A DNA stretch of 64,000 nucleotides from a phage. Within the stretch, counting starts at the first letter, position 1, and each line of letters begins with the position of its first letter. The DNA lies in the sequence record PX418213.1, one strand, 5' to 3'. This document shows positions 9,265 to 19,569 of the stretch, piece by piece. A model generated the notes under the pieces. It was not told the DNA's origin, ran no database searches, and worked only from the letters and a program-made list of their open reading frames with translations. A program made the position numbers and the translations under genes.

Positions 9265-9573
9265 ATGAGCGAACAGGTAAATCAAAACTATGAAGGACAC
9301 GTTGATGACCAGTCCATCATACTCTGGGAGAAGGAGGGAGAACAAATAAGATTAACAGTATCTGAATTTCGTGGGAATCTATACATGGGTATTCGTTACT
9401 GGCTTCTTGATATTAATGATGAATGGTTTCCAACGAAATCTGGCTTCTCTTTTCCTTACACCCTAGAAACAACATCACAGCTTTTCTATGCGTTTACACA
9501 GATTCTTAGCGAATCTGAGGTTTTACATGAAGTACAGAAACGAGCTGAAGAACTCAAAGCCAAGAATGCCTAG
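9265..9573 (+). CDS. hypothetical protein (102 aa)
   Basis: ORF track; flanked by terminators. Confidence 0.45.
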   Translation: MSEQVNQNYEGHVDDQSIILWEKEGEQIRLTVSEFRGNLYMGIRYWLLDINDEWFPTKSGFSFPYTLETTSQLFYAFTQILSESEVLHEVQKRAEELKAKNA

Positions 9574-9590
9574 TTCTTGGCTTTTTCTTT
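9559..9590 (+). terminator. rho-independent terminator
   Basis: Stem gccaaga / tcttggc followed by tttttcttt. Confidence 0.6.
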
Positions 9591-9600
9591 ATAAATGTAT

Positions 9601-9629
9601 TTGCTTTCAACTCAGTTTTGTTATATAAT
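9601..9629 (+). promoter_or_regulatory. sigma70 promoter, N25 type
   Basis: TTGCTT, 17 nt, TATAAT; downstream leader gagagggttgcaaaGTG. Confidence 0.55.
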
Positions 9630-9659
9630 ATTTATATAAATTAATGAGAGGGTTGCAAA

Positions 9660-9932
9660 GTGAAAAAGATAAATATAAGTACACTTAAACCTTTCCCATA
9701 TATCGGACAGCCTCTTATACTTATGTGGGAGGAGAAGATTAATGGAGAAAAGTATTCTAAAATTAGAAGTGGGTATAAGCTGATTTCACTTCATTACGAA
9801 AAAGAAATATTAACAGCTGAAATATACTCTCCATTGTCAGATAGGCTAGTAAAAACCACGTATTTGCATCTCTGCAAAAATTTTACATGGCACGGATCCA
9901 CTAGACAGCCCACGTACTATGAGGCAGAATAA
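9660..9932 (+). CDS. hypothetical protein (90 aa, GTG start)
   Basis: ORF track; stop overlaps the ligase start (TAAATG). Confidence 0.4.
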   Translation: MKKINISTLKPFPYIGQPLILMWEEKINGEKYSKIRSGYKLISLHYEKEILTAEIYSPLSDRLVKTTYLHLCKNFTWHGSTRQPTYYEAE

Positions 9933-10904
9933 ATGACTAATATAAAAGACTTTATTAAACGTTGTCAAGAAGCGTATTACCAGGGAATGTCTTTAATCTC
10001 TGACGAAGAATATGATCGTCTGATTAAAAGATTTCCGTTAGAAGAAGAGATTGGCCCTAAGGGCGATATTCCACATCTGTATCGTATGTATTCTTTACAG
10101 AAAGTTTATTATAATCGTGGAGATAAACCCCCATTTAACCCATTAGGTCAGGTAGAAACTGACAAGTTAGATGGTTGTGCGATTTCTCTATTATATATTA
10201 ATGGCGAATTTGTTCAAGCGCTAACTCGTGGTAATGGCATTTTAGGGAATGATGTCACAAGCAACGTAAGATTGCTGAATATCCCTGAAAAGATTTCCCA
10301 AAAAGTACCTACTCAAATCACTGGTGAAGTTCTAATTACAAAAGAAGTAGAAAATAAACGTAACTTTGCCTCTGGTGCTATTAACCTCAAAGATAGCGAT
10401 GATTTCGTACAACGTATCGGGGAAGGTGGTTTAATCTTCGTTGCATACGGTATCCAGTGTTCTGCTGAATCTGTAGGTATTACAGAATCGTATTTAAAAG
10501 ATATGCTCTGGCTAGAGAATGAAGATTTCTTAACAGTTGTTAATGTGCGTTCCTTCTTTAAATGGATTCCGACGGACGGTAAAGTTGTTCGTATTAATGA
10601 CAACAACAAATTCTTCCGAGAAGGCTGGACTAATAAATTCCCTCGTGGGGCATTCGCTATTAAAGAGGATGAAGAAGGCGAGATTACAACTCTTACTAAA
10701 GTTGAATGGCAGGTAGGGGCTTCTGGTAAAGTAACTCCAGTTGGTTATTTCGAACCGGTAATTATTGATGATGCTACAATTGTTAAAGCGACTCTTAATA
10801 ACGTTGATTATATTAACTCTCTTGATCTAGAGATCGGTTGCCAGATTCGAGTGATTCGTGCTGGTGGTGTAATCCCGTGCATAGTAGAGCGAGTATACGA
10901 TTAA
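9933..10904 (+). CDS. NAD-dependent DNA ligase, N-terminal adenylation-domain ORF
   Basis: Adenylation lysine motif DKLDGCAISL (KxDG); ends with a stop well before the Zn-finger/HhH/BRCT part. Confidence 0.7.
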   Translation: MTNIKDFIKRCQEAYYQGMSLISDEEYDRLIKRFPLEEEIGPKGDIPHLYRMYSLQKVYYNRGDKPPFNPLGQVETDKLDGCAISLLYINGEFVQALTRGNGILGNDVTSNVRLLNIPEKISQKVPTQITGEVLITKEVENKRNFASGAINLKDSDDFVQRIGEGGLIFVAYGIQCSAESVGITESYLKDMLWLENEDFLTVVNVRSFFKWIPTDGKVVRINDNNKFFREGWTNKFPRGAFAIKEDEEGEITTLTKVEWQVGASGKVTPVGYFEPVIIDDATIVKATLNNVDYINSLDLEIGCQIRVIRAGGVIPCIVERVYD

Positions 10905-11047
10905 TACATAACCCTTTGCTACCCATCTACCATATCGGAATTATAAAGTGGTTATTGACATTTTCGCCGCTTAGGTATATACTATTATCATTCAGTTGAG
11001 GGATAGAAAGTTATGGCGAGGGTAAGCAAAGTTAGTTAAAATTGTAG

Positions 11048-11076
11048 TTGCTAAATGCTTAAATACTTGCTATAAT
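11048..11076 (+). promoter_or_regulatory. sigma70 promoter inside the ligase intergenic gap
   Basis: TTGCTA, 17 nt, TATAAT; a second candidate with TTGACA lies at 10955-10983. Confidence 0.5.
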
Positions 11077-11106
11077 ATTTATATAAATTGATAAGGAAGA
11101 AATTTG

Positions 11107-11886
11107 ATGAAAATCGAAATTCCAACACAATGTCCCTCTTGTGGTTCTAAGCTAGATCTTGTCAACGGACAATTATTCTGTCGGAATAAGTCCAACTGTC
11201 CAGCGCAATCAAGTAAGTTAATTGAGAACTTCTGTTCAAAAATGAAGTTAAAGGGCTTTGGCCCAAAAACTATTGAGAAGCTGGAGCTGACGAAGATTTC
11301 AGAACTATTTTACCTAACCGAAGAAGATTTGGTTAGAGCCGTGGGTAGCAAGGTTGCCGCTAAGTTAATTAGCGAATTAAATACTAAAGTTCGCGGAGAC
11401 ATTGACTTTGGTTCAGTTCTCGGTTCTTTAGGAATCCCTCTAATTGGAGAGGTTGCAGCAAAGAAATTATCCCAAAATTGCACTAGCTTCCACGATGTGA
11501 AGGCTGACGGCAAGGCTGGAGAAAACTATAAAGCCTGGCTAAATTCCCCACAAGGCAAGGATGTTATCGAACTACCGTGGAAATTCTCAACTGGTATTAA
11601 GGGCACTAAAGCTAATATTATCATTACGGATGAATTAGTTGCCCGGCCAAATGGAATCACGGTATGTATTACCGGATCTTTGCAAGATTTTGCAAATAGA
11701 ACGGATGCAACAAACTATTTAGAAAGTCTAGGATATACGGTTAAGAAATCCGTTACCAAAGACGTTAAATACCTAATCTGTGAGGATGAATCAAAACGTT
11801 CTTCCTCATCTTATAAGAAAGCCGAAACGAATGGGATAGAAATCCTGTCGATTAAAGAACTATTGGAGAAAAATAATAATGTCTAA
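11107..11886 (+). CDS. NAD-dependent DNA ligase, C-terminal ORF (Zn finger, HhH, BRCT-like)
   Basis: CPSCGSKLD...CRNKSNC zinc-finger pattern; BRCT-like ITGSLQDF segment; ATG 11107 preceded by AAGGAAGA. Confidence 0.6.
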   Translation: MKIEIPTQCPSCGSKLDLVNGQLFCRNKSNCPAQSSKLIENFCSKMKLKGFGPKTIEKLELTKISELFYLTEEDLVRAVGSKVAAKLISELNTKVRGDIDFGSVLGSLGIPLIGEVAAKKLSQNCTSFHDVKADGKAGENYKAWLNSPQGKDVIELPWKFSTGIKGTKANIIITDELVARPNGITVCITGSLQDFANRTDATNYLESLGYTVKKSVTKDVKYLICEDESKRSSSSYKKAETNGIEILSIKELLEKNNNV

Positions 11887-12646
11887 ACTGAACTGGAACG
11901 TAGAAGGTGTAACCGAGTCTCTGAAAGCAAAAGCCACTGCTCTGGGTGTTGCTGTAATCTCTCAAGAACAAGTAGCTGCTATCGCTGCTGAACTGGCCGC
12001 TGAAACTGGCAAAGATGTTACTGCTCGCTCTGTTGGCTCTAAACTGCGTAAAGAAGGTTTTGAAGTACAGAAAGCTAACGAAGTACAGAAATCCCCGTGG
12101 ACTCCTGAGCAGGAAGCTGAACTGGTTGATTTCCTGAACGCTCATGCTGGTCAGTATACCTATGCTGAGATCGCTGCTGCTGTAGCTGGTGGTCAGTTCG
12201 GTGCTAAACAGGTACAGGGTAAGATTCTGAGTCTGGAAATGACCGCTTCTGTTAAACCAACCGAAAAAGCTGCTGCTGTTCGTTCCTTCACTCCGGATGA
12301 AGAAACTGATTTTGTTAATCAGGTTGTTGCTGGTGCTACTATTGAAGCTATCGCTGCTCACTTCGGTCGCAATATTAAGCAGATCCGCGGTAAAGCTCTG
12401 AGTCTGCTTCGTGAAGGTCGTATCGCTGCTATGCCAGTACAGGAAACTTCAAGTGCTAAAACTCGTGAAGATCTGTTAGAAGGTCTGGATCTGGTTAACA
12501 TGACTGTTGCTGAGATCGCTGAGAAAACTGGTAAGTCTGAGCGCGGTGTTAAATCTATGCTGTCTCGTCGTGGTCTGGTTGCTAAGGACTATGATGGTGC
12601 CGCTAAGCGTGCTAAACTGGATGCAAAAGCTGCGGCTGCTGAATAA
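11879..12646 (+). CDS. putative DNA-binding protein with four tandem HTH-like repeats
   Basis: Four internal repeats of the form (T/Y)xAEIAxxxGxxxxxVxxKxLSL..G; host-optimal codon usage suggests high expression. Confidence 0.4.
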   Translation: MSKLNWNVEGVTESLKAKATALGVAVISQEQVAAIAAELAAETGKDVTARSVGSKLRKEGFEVQKANEVQKSPWTPEQEAELVDFLNAHAGQYTYAEIAAAVAGGQFGAKQVQGKILSLEMTASVKPTEKAAAVRSFTPDEETDFVNQVVAGATIEAIAAHFGRNIKQIRGKALSLLREGRIAAMPVQETSSAKTREDLLEGLDLVNMTVAEIAEKTGKSERGVKSMLSRRGLVAKDYDGAAKRAKLDAKAAAAE

Positions 12647-12663
12647 TCTGGTAAATTAAACCT

Positions 12664-12697
12664 AAGGGGAGGGGGCTATGCTCCTTCCCCTTTTTGC
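12664..12697 (+). terminator. rho-independent terminator
   Basis: 12-bp stem (two G-U pairs) aaggggaggggg / ctccttcccctt followed by TTT. Confidence 0.55.
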
Positions 12698-12728
12698 ATT
12701 TAGAAGGCACGAAAGCGTGCAAAGGAGA

Positions 12729-14201
12729 ATGACCTTGTTTAACGTGCAAGCTGTAGTGTTGAAGATGCTTCTAGCTTCCGAACAGAAGCAAATAGCATTG
12801 GAAACATTCTCAAAACTGCATAAAGATCATTTTAATGACGCTTTCTCCTCAATTTACCAAGCCGTCCAGAATTATTATAAAAAATATAACACAATGCCGT
12901 CCATTGACGCACTTATGCTTGAAGCTAATAGGAACGCCCGCCTTTCTCAAGCTCTAGTCGTCTTAGCTAACACTCAAATTCCAGAAGTGAGCATGGAACA
13001 GGCACTTGAAGTCCTAGAAGCCGAATATACACAGGATTTATTCCTGAAGCTTCTAGAAACAGACGTGCTTCAAGATTTAACAATGCTGGATCAGGGAGAA
13101 ATTCTCAACCGAGTTGCCTCCCTTCACTTAAAATTAGAAGAGAAAGTAACGAATACTGGAAAAGTATTCAACGCAGATAACATGCGTATTTTCCAGAGAG
13201 AAGAAGATACCAAACTGAACTTAATCGCTCTTGGTATTTGTAATGAGTTCGACGCTCAAATTGGTTTAGCTCGCACAGAAACGTTACTGCTTGGTGGTTG
13301 GCGTGGTACTGGTAAATCCATTATCTGTTCAAACATACAGGTTCAGCAATATTTGAATGGGGATATTGCTCCATACTTCTCAATTGAGATGAAAGAACAT
13401 GAGGTATTTAGACGTAATCTAGCCATGTTAGCTGGTGTATCAGCATTAGCAATGCGTAATAATACTCTAGAAGGTGCAGCTCTGTTGAGATTAGCCAGAA
13501 CTAGAGCTAGAATGTTTAATGGTGGTGAAGAGCTTTTCGATAACTTCGTTAAACAGTACACAATGGCTAAGATGAGTGATTTCTACGATATGGAGAGTAA
13601 GCTAATAGAAGGATATGAGCTACATACTCCTATGATTATTGTTTATGACCCTGAGCTGTCTATTACAACAGTTGACGTAGAATTAAATAAATTAGTTGCT
13701 AGATATGGTGATAAAGTTACAGTAGCTTTACTGGACTATATTAACCAAACCCGACTTCCAGACTCTAAAACCATTGATATGTATGACTGGAAAGAACAGA
13801 TGGTTGTCAGCTCGTCTTTCAAATCTATCTGCCAGAAACATAACGTGGCTGGTGTAGCTCCTTACCAGATCGATCAAGATGGTAGAACACGTATGTCAAA
13901 GGGGATTCTTGATTCCGCAGACATGGCTGCTAATCTTAATGCTGCAAAAGCTGATAATGGTCAAGGTGCTATTATGTTTGACTTCGTTAAGACTCGTTCT
14001 TCTGATAGCGTGAAGTTTATGCCTAAAATGAACTGGGAAACTCTGCGAATGGATAACACTACCAACCTAGCAATGGAAGATATATCTCAAATGGAAGCTG
14101 AGTTCGTTATCCCTATTGAGAAGGATAAGCCGGCTCAACCTAAACGTGCTAAGAAAGACAAAACTGAAAATTCAACAGGTGAACAGGCCAGCGATATATG
14201 A
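12729..14201 (+). CDS. DnaB-like replicative helicase
   Basis: Walker A GGWRGTGKS in the C-terminal RecA-like domain; ORF track start 12678 lies inside the upstream terminator, so ATG 12729 (or in-frame TTG 12735 with better AAGGAG spacing) is more likely. Confidence 0.6.
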   Translation: MTLFNVQAVVLKMLLASEQKQIALETFSKLHKDHFNDAFSSIYQAVQNYYKKYNTMPSIDALMLEANRNARLSQALVVLANTQIPEVSMEQALEVLEAEYTQDLFLKLLETDVLQDLTMLDQGEILNRVASLHLKLEEKVTNTGKVFNADNMRIFQREEDTKLNLIALGICNEFDAQIGLARTETLLLGGWRGTGKSIICSNIQVQQYLNGDIAPYFSIEMKEHEVFRRNLAMLAGVSALAMRNNTLEGAALLRLARTRARMFNGGEELFDNFVKQYTMAKMSDFYDMESKLIEGYELHTPMIIVYDPELSITTVDVELNKLVARYGDKVTVALLDYINQTRLPDSKTIDMYDWKEQMVVSSSFKSICQKHNVAGVAPYQIDQDGRTRMSKGILDSADMAANLNAAKADNGQGAIMFDFVKTRSSDSVKFMPKMNWETLRMDNTTNLAMEDISQMEAEFVIPIEKDKPAQPKRAKKDKTENSTGEQASDI

Positions 14202-15088
14202 GTAGAATAACAGAACTACTTGATCTGAAAGGCATTGAATATAAAGACACAGGTGGGGACATCCTCATCTGTTGTCTCAATCCAGATCATGACGATAAAC
14301 ACCCAAGTTTGCGTATTGATCCTGAAACAGGTATTATGCACTGCTTGAGTTGTGGCTTCGGTAAAGGTATACCGAGCATTTACCATTATTTTAATGAGAC
14401 TCAGTACCGACAGTCCCCAAGACTATCGCAGGTACGCAAAAAGATTTCAGAGATTAGGAATGGATCAACGAATCTTGCAATTCCTGAATCTGCTTACCTT
14501 TTCGAAGGTGATTTCCGAGGTATAAGTTCTAAGACCTTGAAGAAATATTTTGCTTTCCAACACCAAGCAGACTGGGAAGGCAGAATTGTATTCCCAATCA
14601 CAGATGCTGTTGGACGCAATATCCTATTTTTGGGTCGTTCTATAAACAGTTCTGCCCCTCCTAAATACTTAGTAAAACCAAAACAAGTTTCACCACCTAT
14701 TTTCCCTGTACGATATAATACTCCAGTTCTTATTCTAGTTGAAGGTATCTTTGATATGCTGAACCTAGAGGATAATGGTATAGACTATGCTTCTTGCTGC
14801 TTTGGTACACATCAGTTTACTTCGGATAACATTGCAGATAAGTTCAGCCCTTATATTATTGCTGGTGTAAAAGTTGTTGTTATCTTACTAGATAATGATG
14901 CTTCTGGTAATAAGGCTGCACAAGCATTGGCCAAATTAATTCGCACAAAAACGCGTTTAACACCTGTAGTTGCTAACTTTCTCCTGCCTGAAGGCAAAGA
15001 TCCGGGTGATTTAAACAAAGATGAAATTGATATGTTAGCAAAACGTATTGAAATTTTAGTTGCTGAATCGCTTAAAGATTTGGTATAA
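14198..15088 (+). CDS. DnaG-like DNA primase (zinc-binding plus TOPRIM)
   Basis: CCLNPDHDDKHPSL...HCLSCGFG zinc-binding motif; TOPRIM residues LVEG and LDNDASG; ATG overlaps the helicase stop (ATGA). Confidence 0.65.
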   Translation: MSRITELLDLKGIEYKDTGGDILICCLNPDHDDKHPSLRIDPETGIMHCLSCGFGKGIPSIYHYFNETQYRQSPRLSQVRKKISEIRNGSTNLAIPESAYLFEGDFRGISSKTLKKYFAFQHQADWEGRIVFPITDAVGRNILFLGRSINSSAPPKYLVKPKQVSPPIFPVRYNTPVLILVEGIFDMLNLEDNGIDYASCCFGTHQFTSDNIADKFSPYIIAGVKVVVILLDNDASGNKAAQALAKLIRTKTRLTPVVANFLLPEGKDPGDLNKDEIDMLAKRIEILVAESLKDLV

Positions 15089-15150
15089 TATATTGGTAAG
15101 TTAGAGAAGAAACACTGAAGTTATACTTACTTACCAAGAGGAGATTAAAT

Positions 15151-17718
15151 TTGAAAATCGCAGTAGTTGATAAAGCTCTAAATAACACTCGTTACGATAA
15201 ACATTTCCAGCTATACGGCGAGGAAGTTGATGTATTCCATATGTGTAACGAGAAGTTATCTGGTCGTTTGCTTAAAAAGCACATTACTATTGGAACACCA
15301 GAAAACCCATTTGATCCGAATGATTATGATTTTGTTATACTAGTAGGTGCTGAACCTTTCCTGTATTTCGCAGGTAAGAAAGGTATTGGTGACTATACTG
15401 GTAAACGTGTAGAGTATAATGGATATGCTAACTGGATTGCGAGTATCAGCCCAGCCCAGTTACACTTTAAGCCTGAAATGAAACCAGTTTTCGATGCAAC
15501 AGTAGAGAATATCCACGATATTATCAATGGTCGTGAGAAGATTGCAAAAGCTGGTGATTACCGTCCTATTACTGACCCTGACGAGGCAGAAGAATATATC
15601 AAGATGGTGTATAATATGGTTATCGGACCTGTCGCATTCGACTCCGAAACCTCAGCACTATACTGTCGAGATGGTTATCTGCTTGGTGTTTCTATGTCTC
15701 ACCAAGAATATCAGGGTGTATATATCGATTCTGATTGTCTCACAGAGGTTGCAGTATATTATCTCCAGAAAATTCTGGATAGTGAAAACCACACTATTGT
15801 TTTTCACAACTTGAAGTTTGATATGCACTTTTATAAGTACCATCTGGGACTTACTTTTGATAAAGCACATAAAGAACGTAGGCTCCATGATACCATGTTG
15901 CAGCATTATGTTCTGGATGAACGTCGTGGTACTCATGGCTTGAAATCTCTAGCAATGAAGTATACCGATATGGGTGACTATGACTTTGAACTAGATAAGT
16001 TCAAGGAGGATTACTGCAAAGCACATAAAATCAAGAAAGAAGATTTCACCTATGATTTAATTCCGTTTGATATTATGTGGCCTTACGCTGCAAAAGATAC
16101 CGATGCCACCATACGTTTGCATAACTTCTTCTTACCAAAAATTGAGAAGAATGAAAAACTTTGCAGTCTGTATTATGACGTTCTAATGCCTGGTTGCGTA
16201 TTTCTCCAGCGTGTTGAGGATCGTGGTGTACCTATTTCTATTGATCGTTTAAAAGAAGCTCAGTACCAGTTAACACATAATCTGAATAAAGCTCGTGAAA
16301 AGCTGTATACTTATCCAGAAGTCGTTCAGCTAGAGAAAGATCAGAACGAAGCGTTTAACCCAAACTCTGTTAAACAACTCCGTGTTCTTCTGTTTGATTA
16401 TGTTGGCTTAACTCCAACAGGTAAATTGACGGATACTGGAGCAGACTCTACAGATGCAGAAGCTCTGAACGAACTGTCTACGCAGCATCCAATTGCTAAA
16501 ACTCTGCTAGAGATTCGTAAGCTAACTAAGCTGATCTCTACTTACGTTGAGAAGATTCTTCTGAGCATTGATGCTGATGGTTGCATTCGTACTGGCTTCC
16601 ACGAACACATGACTACTTCTGGTCGTCTGAGTTCTTCTGGTAAACTGAACCTGCAACAGCTACCTCGTGATGAATCTATTATCAAGGGTTGTGTAGTAGC
16701 TCCTCCCGGGTATCGTGTAATCGCGTGGGACTTAACAACTGCGGAAGTTTATTATGCTGCTGTTCTATCTGGTGATAGAAATATGCAACAAGTATTTATC
16801 AACATGAGAAATGAACCAGATAAATACCCTGACTTCCACTCTAACATCGCACACATGGTATTTAAGCTCCAATGCGAACCTCGTGATGTTAAAAAGTTAT
16901 TCCCAGCTCTGCGTCAGGCTGCTAAGGCAATTACCTTCGGTATTTTGTATGGTTCTGGCCCGGCTAAAGTAGCTCATTCTGTTAATGAAGCTCTTCTGGA
17001 ACAAGCTGCTAAGACAGGTGAACCGTTTGTAGAGTGTACTGTTGCAGATGCTAAAGAGTACATTGAAACTTACTTCGGTCAGTTCCCGCAGCTTAAGCGT
17101 TGGATTGATAAATGTCATGACCAGATCAAGAATCATGGATTTATCTATAGTCACTTTGGTCGTAAACGTCGTCTGCATAATATCCATTCCGAAGACCGTG
17201 GTGTTCAGGGTGAAGAAATCCGTTCTGGATTTAACGCAATCATTCAGTCTGCTTCTTCTGATAGTCTCCTTTTAGGTGCTGTAGATGCAGATAATGAGAT
17301 CATTTCTCTTGGCCTAGAACAAGAGATGAAGATTGTTATGCTGGTTCATGACTCCGTAGTTGCTATTGTTCGTGAGGATTTGATCGACCAATACAATGAA
17401 ATCCTGATTCGTAATATTCAGAAAGACCGTGGTATCAGTATTCCTGGCTGTCCGATTGGTATTGATTCAGATTCTGAAACTGGAGGTTCTCGTGACTATT
17501 CTTGTGGTAAGATGAAGAAACAGCACCCATCAATCGCTTGTATTGATGATGATGAATATACTCGTTATGTCAAGGGTGTATTACTTGATGCAGAGTTCGA
17601 GTATAAGAAACTAGCTGCAATGGATAAAGAGCATCCAGATCATAGCAAATACAAGGATGATAAGTTTATTGCTGTATGTAAAGATTTGGATAACGTGAGA
17701 AGGATTCTCGGTGCTTGA
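15151..17718 (+). CDS. family-A DNA polymerase with 3'-5' exonuclease domain
   Basis: Exo motif FDSETSALY; Pol I motif A AWDLTTAEVYY, motif B RQAAKAITFGILYGSG, motif C LVHDS; 855 aa; TTG start after GAGGAG. Confidence 0.85.
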   Translation: MKIAVVDKALNNTRYDKHFQLYGEEVDVFHMCNEKLSGRLLKKHITIGTPENPFDPNDYDFVILVGAEPFLYFAGKKGIGDYTGKRVEYNGYANWIASISPAQLHFKPEMKPVFDATVENIHDIINGREKIAKAGDYRPITDPDEAEEYIKMVYNMVIGPVAFDSETSALYCRDGYLLGVSMSHQEYQGVYIDSDCLTEVAVYYLQKILDSENHTIVFHNLKFDMHFYKYHLGLTFDKAHKERRLHDTMLQHYVLDERRGTHGLKSLAMKYTDMGDYDFELDKFKEDYCKAHKIKKEDFTYDLIPFDIMWPYAAKDTDATIRLHNFFLPKIEKNEKLCSLYYDVLMPGCVFLQRVEDRGVPISIDRLKEAQYQLTHNLNKAREKLYTYPEVVQLEKDQNEAFNPNSVKQLRVLLFDYVGLTPTGKLTDTGADSTDAEALNELSTQHPIAKTLLEIRKLTKLISTYVEKILLSIDADGCIRTGFHEHMTTSGRLSSSGKLNLQQLPRDESIIKGCVVAPPGYRVIAWDLTTAEVYYAAVLSGDRNMQQVFINMRNEPDKYPDFHSNIAHMVFKLQCEPRDVKKLFPALRQAAKAITFGILYGSGPAKVAHSVNEALLEQAAKTGEPFVECTVADAKEYIETYFGQFPQLKRWIDKCHDQIKNHGFIYSHFGRKRRLHNIHSEDRGVQGEEIRSGFNAIIQSASSDSLLLGAVDADNEIISLGLEQEMKIVMLVHDSVVAIVREDLIDQYNEILIRNIQKDRGISIPGCPIGIDSDSETGGSRDYSCGKMKKQHPSIACIDDDEYTRYVKGVLLDAEFEYKKLAAMDKEHPDHSKYKDDKFIAVCKDLDNVRRILGA

Positions 17719-17726
17719 TTTCAAAT

Positions 17727-17747
17727 TGCCCGTATATGCTTTACGGG
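17727..17747 (+). other. hairpin immediately after the polymerase stop
   Basis: gcccgta / tacgggc stem with 7-nt loop; no strong T-run. Confidence 0.3.
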
Positions 17748-17758
17748 CGTTTGTATCA

Positions 17759-18208
17759 ATGGAGCAAGAAGGTGATTATTCCGTAATTACAACAAGATAT
17801 AATAAATATGTGCTAGATAACAGGAAGTTGCCTGGCACTTTTTCTCAACGTAGGCTTATTCTATTTGAGAAACGGAAAGAATTACCATACAAGCTCTACC
17901 CTATTAGAGGTAGAATATCAATGTTGTCTCAATTAGTTGGGTCAAAGCGTAACCAATTCATAGATTCTGATGGAAATCTTATTAATTGGAAGAAAACTAC
18001 GTTCTATGATGTTGTCACCTCTAAAGTTTTGCATTCAGCTAGAATTTATAACGGAAAATACCAATGCTATGTAGCTAAAGTTCCATATCCATTTGTATTA
18101 TCCTATGTTCCAGCTTATATAAGCTATATTCTGGTAAATAATAGCCCTGTTATTTATCAAGTCCATCAAGAGGAGCCTGAAATTCCTAGACTTAGAATAA
18201 AATTATGA
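17759..18208 (+). CDS. hypothetical protein
   Basis: ORF track 17711..18208; first ATG downstream of the hairpin is 17759; start uncertain. Confidence 0.3.
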   Translation: MEQEGDYSVITTRYNKYVLDNRKLPGTFSQRRLILFEKRKELPYKLYPIRGRISMLSQLVGSKRNQFIDSDGNLINWKKTTFYDVVTSKVLHSARIYNGKYQCYVAKVPYPFVLSYVPAYISYILVNNSPVIYQVHQEEPEIPRLRIKL

Positions 18209-19557
18209 AGGTTGTTATATCTAATAAAGCCTATTTCAAGCCCGATGATGAACTTTGGGATTATTGTAGTAAGCAAACCACTTATCACATAGAGACAATG
18301 ACTAGTAAATACCCTATTATGTATAAGAATAGTGGTGTTGTTGCTAAAGAGATTAAGTGGATTCCTATCACGCGTCTGGATTTACTAGATGCTAAAGGAG
18401 TAAAATACGAATTAGTAGATAAACGTACATTAGCTCCGGTAGATATACCAAAACCTAAGTTCAAGCTGCGTGAAGAAGACCAGCTCCCAATATATGAAGA
18501 GTGCGATGATACTTGTATTATTAATGGTAAGCCTGGATTTGGTAAAACTATCCTAGCCCTTGCACTTGCGTATAAATTTGGCCAGAAAACTCTGGTAATA
18601 TGTACGAATACATCCATTCGTGAGATGTGGGCAGCAGAAGTTCGTAAATGGTTTGGGTTTGAGCCTGGTATCATAGGTTCTGGGAAATATAACATTGATC
18701 CACCAATTGTGGTCAGTAATATTCAAACAGTGAATAAACATGCGAATAATCTTTCTAAAGTATTCGGTACTGTTATAGTTGATGAAGTTCATCATTGTGT
18801 GGCTACAACTTTCACTAACTTCCTAGAAATATCATGTGCTCGCTATAAGATTGGACTATCCGGTACATTAAAACGAAAAGATGGTCTACAAGTTATGTTC
18901 AAAGATTTCTTTGGATATAAGATCTTTAGCCCACCGGTTAATAATACTGTTGCACCTACAATCCATAGGTACTCCGTGCCTGTTGAGTTATCAGGAAACC
19001 AAAACGTACCATGGGCATTACGTGCTAATGATGTGTACAATCATCCTGAGTATCGAGAGACTATTATAAACCTGGCACACTTATACGTGAATATGGGGCA
19101 TAAAGTACTCATTGTAAGTGACAGAACAGAGTTAATCCAAACAGTACTAGAAGCTCTTGCACAGCGTGGTGTTACAACATATGAAATTATAGGGGCAACC
19201 CACTTAGATGACCGATTAAAAATCCAGGAAGATATAGCAAAAGGTGGACCTTGTGTACTTGCAGCAGCTCAAAGTATCTTCTCTGAAGGTATTTCTCTTA
19301 ATGAGTTGTCTTGTTTAATAATGGGAAGTCTTATTAATAATGAGTCTCTCATTGAACAGCTTGCAGGACGTGTTCAACGTATTGTCGATGGTAAACTCGA
19401 CCCTATTGTTGTAGATCTAATCATGAAAGGTGGCACTGGACTAAGACAGGCTTCTGGACGTATGGCAGTATATCGTAACAATGGGTGGAAAACTATTACC
19501 ATGACTCCGGAGAAAGCAGTTCAATTAGCTAAAATTGCATTTGGCAACAGCTCATAA
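18205..19557 (+). CDS. SF2 DNA helicase
   Basis: Walker A GKPGFGKT, DEVH box VDEVHHC, C-terminal helicase motifs QLAGRVQR. Confidence 0.7.
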   Translation: MKVVISNKAYFKPDDELWDYCSKQTTYHIETMTSKYPIMYKNSGVVAKEIKWIPITRLDLLDAKGVKYELVDKRTLAPVDIPKPKFKLREEDQLPIYEECDDTCIINGKPGFGKTILALALAYKFGQKTLVICTNTSIREMWAAEVRKWFGFEPGIIGSGKYNIDPPIVVSNIQTVNKHANNLSKVFGTVIVDEVHHCVATTFTNFLEISCARYKIGLSGTLKRKDGLQVMFKDFFGYKIFSPPVNNTVAPTIHRYSVPVELSGNQNVPWALRANDVYNHPEYRETIINLAHLYVNMGHKVLIVSDRTELIQTVLEALAQRGVTTYEIIGATHLDDRLKIQEDIAKGGPCVLAAAQSIFSEGISLNELSCLIMGSLINNESLIEQLAGRVQRIVDGKLDPIVVDLIMKGGTGLRQASGRMAVYRNNGWKTITMTPEKAVQLAKIAFGNSS

Positions 19558-19569
19558 ATGATGTATAAT
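19541..19569 (+). promoter_or_regulatory. sigma70 promoter
   Basis: TTGGCA, 17 nt, TATAAT. Confidence 0.45.

Noticed and set aside
12678-12728. ORF-track start codon of the DnaB-like helicase
   Set aside because: The ATG at 12678 lies inside the loop of the upstream terminator hairpin; a downstream start after the AAGGAG site is more plausible.
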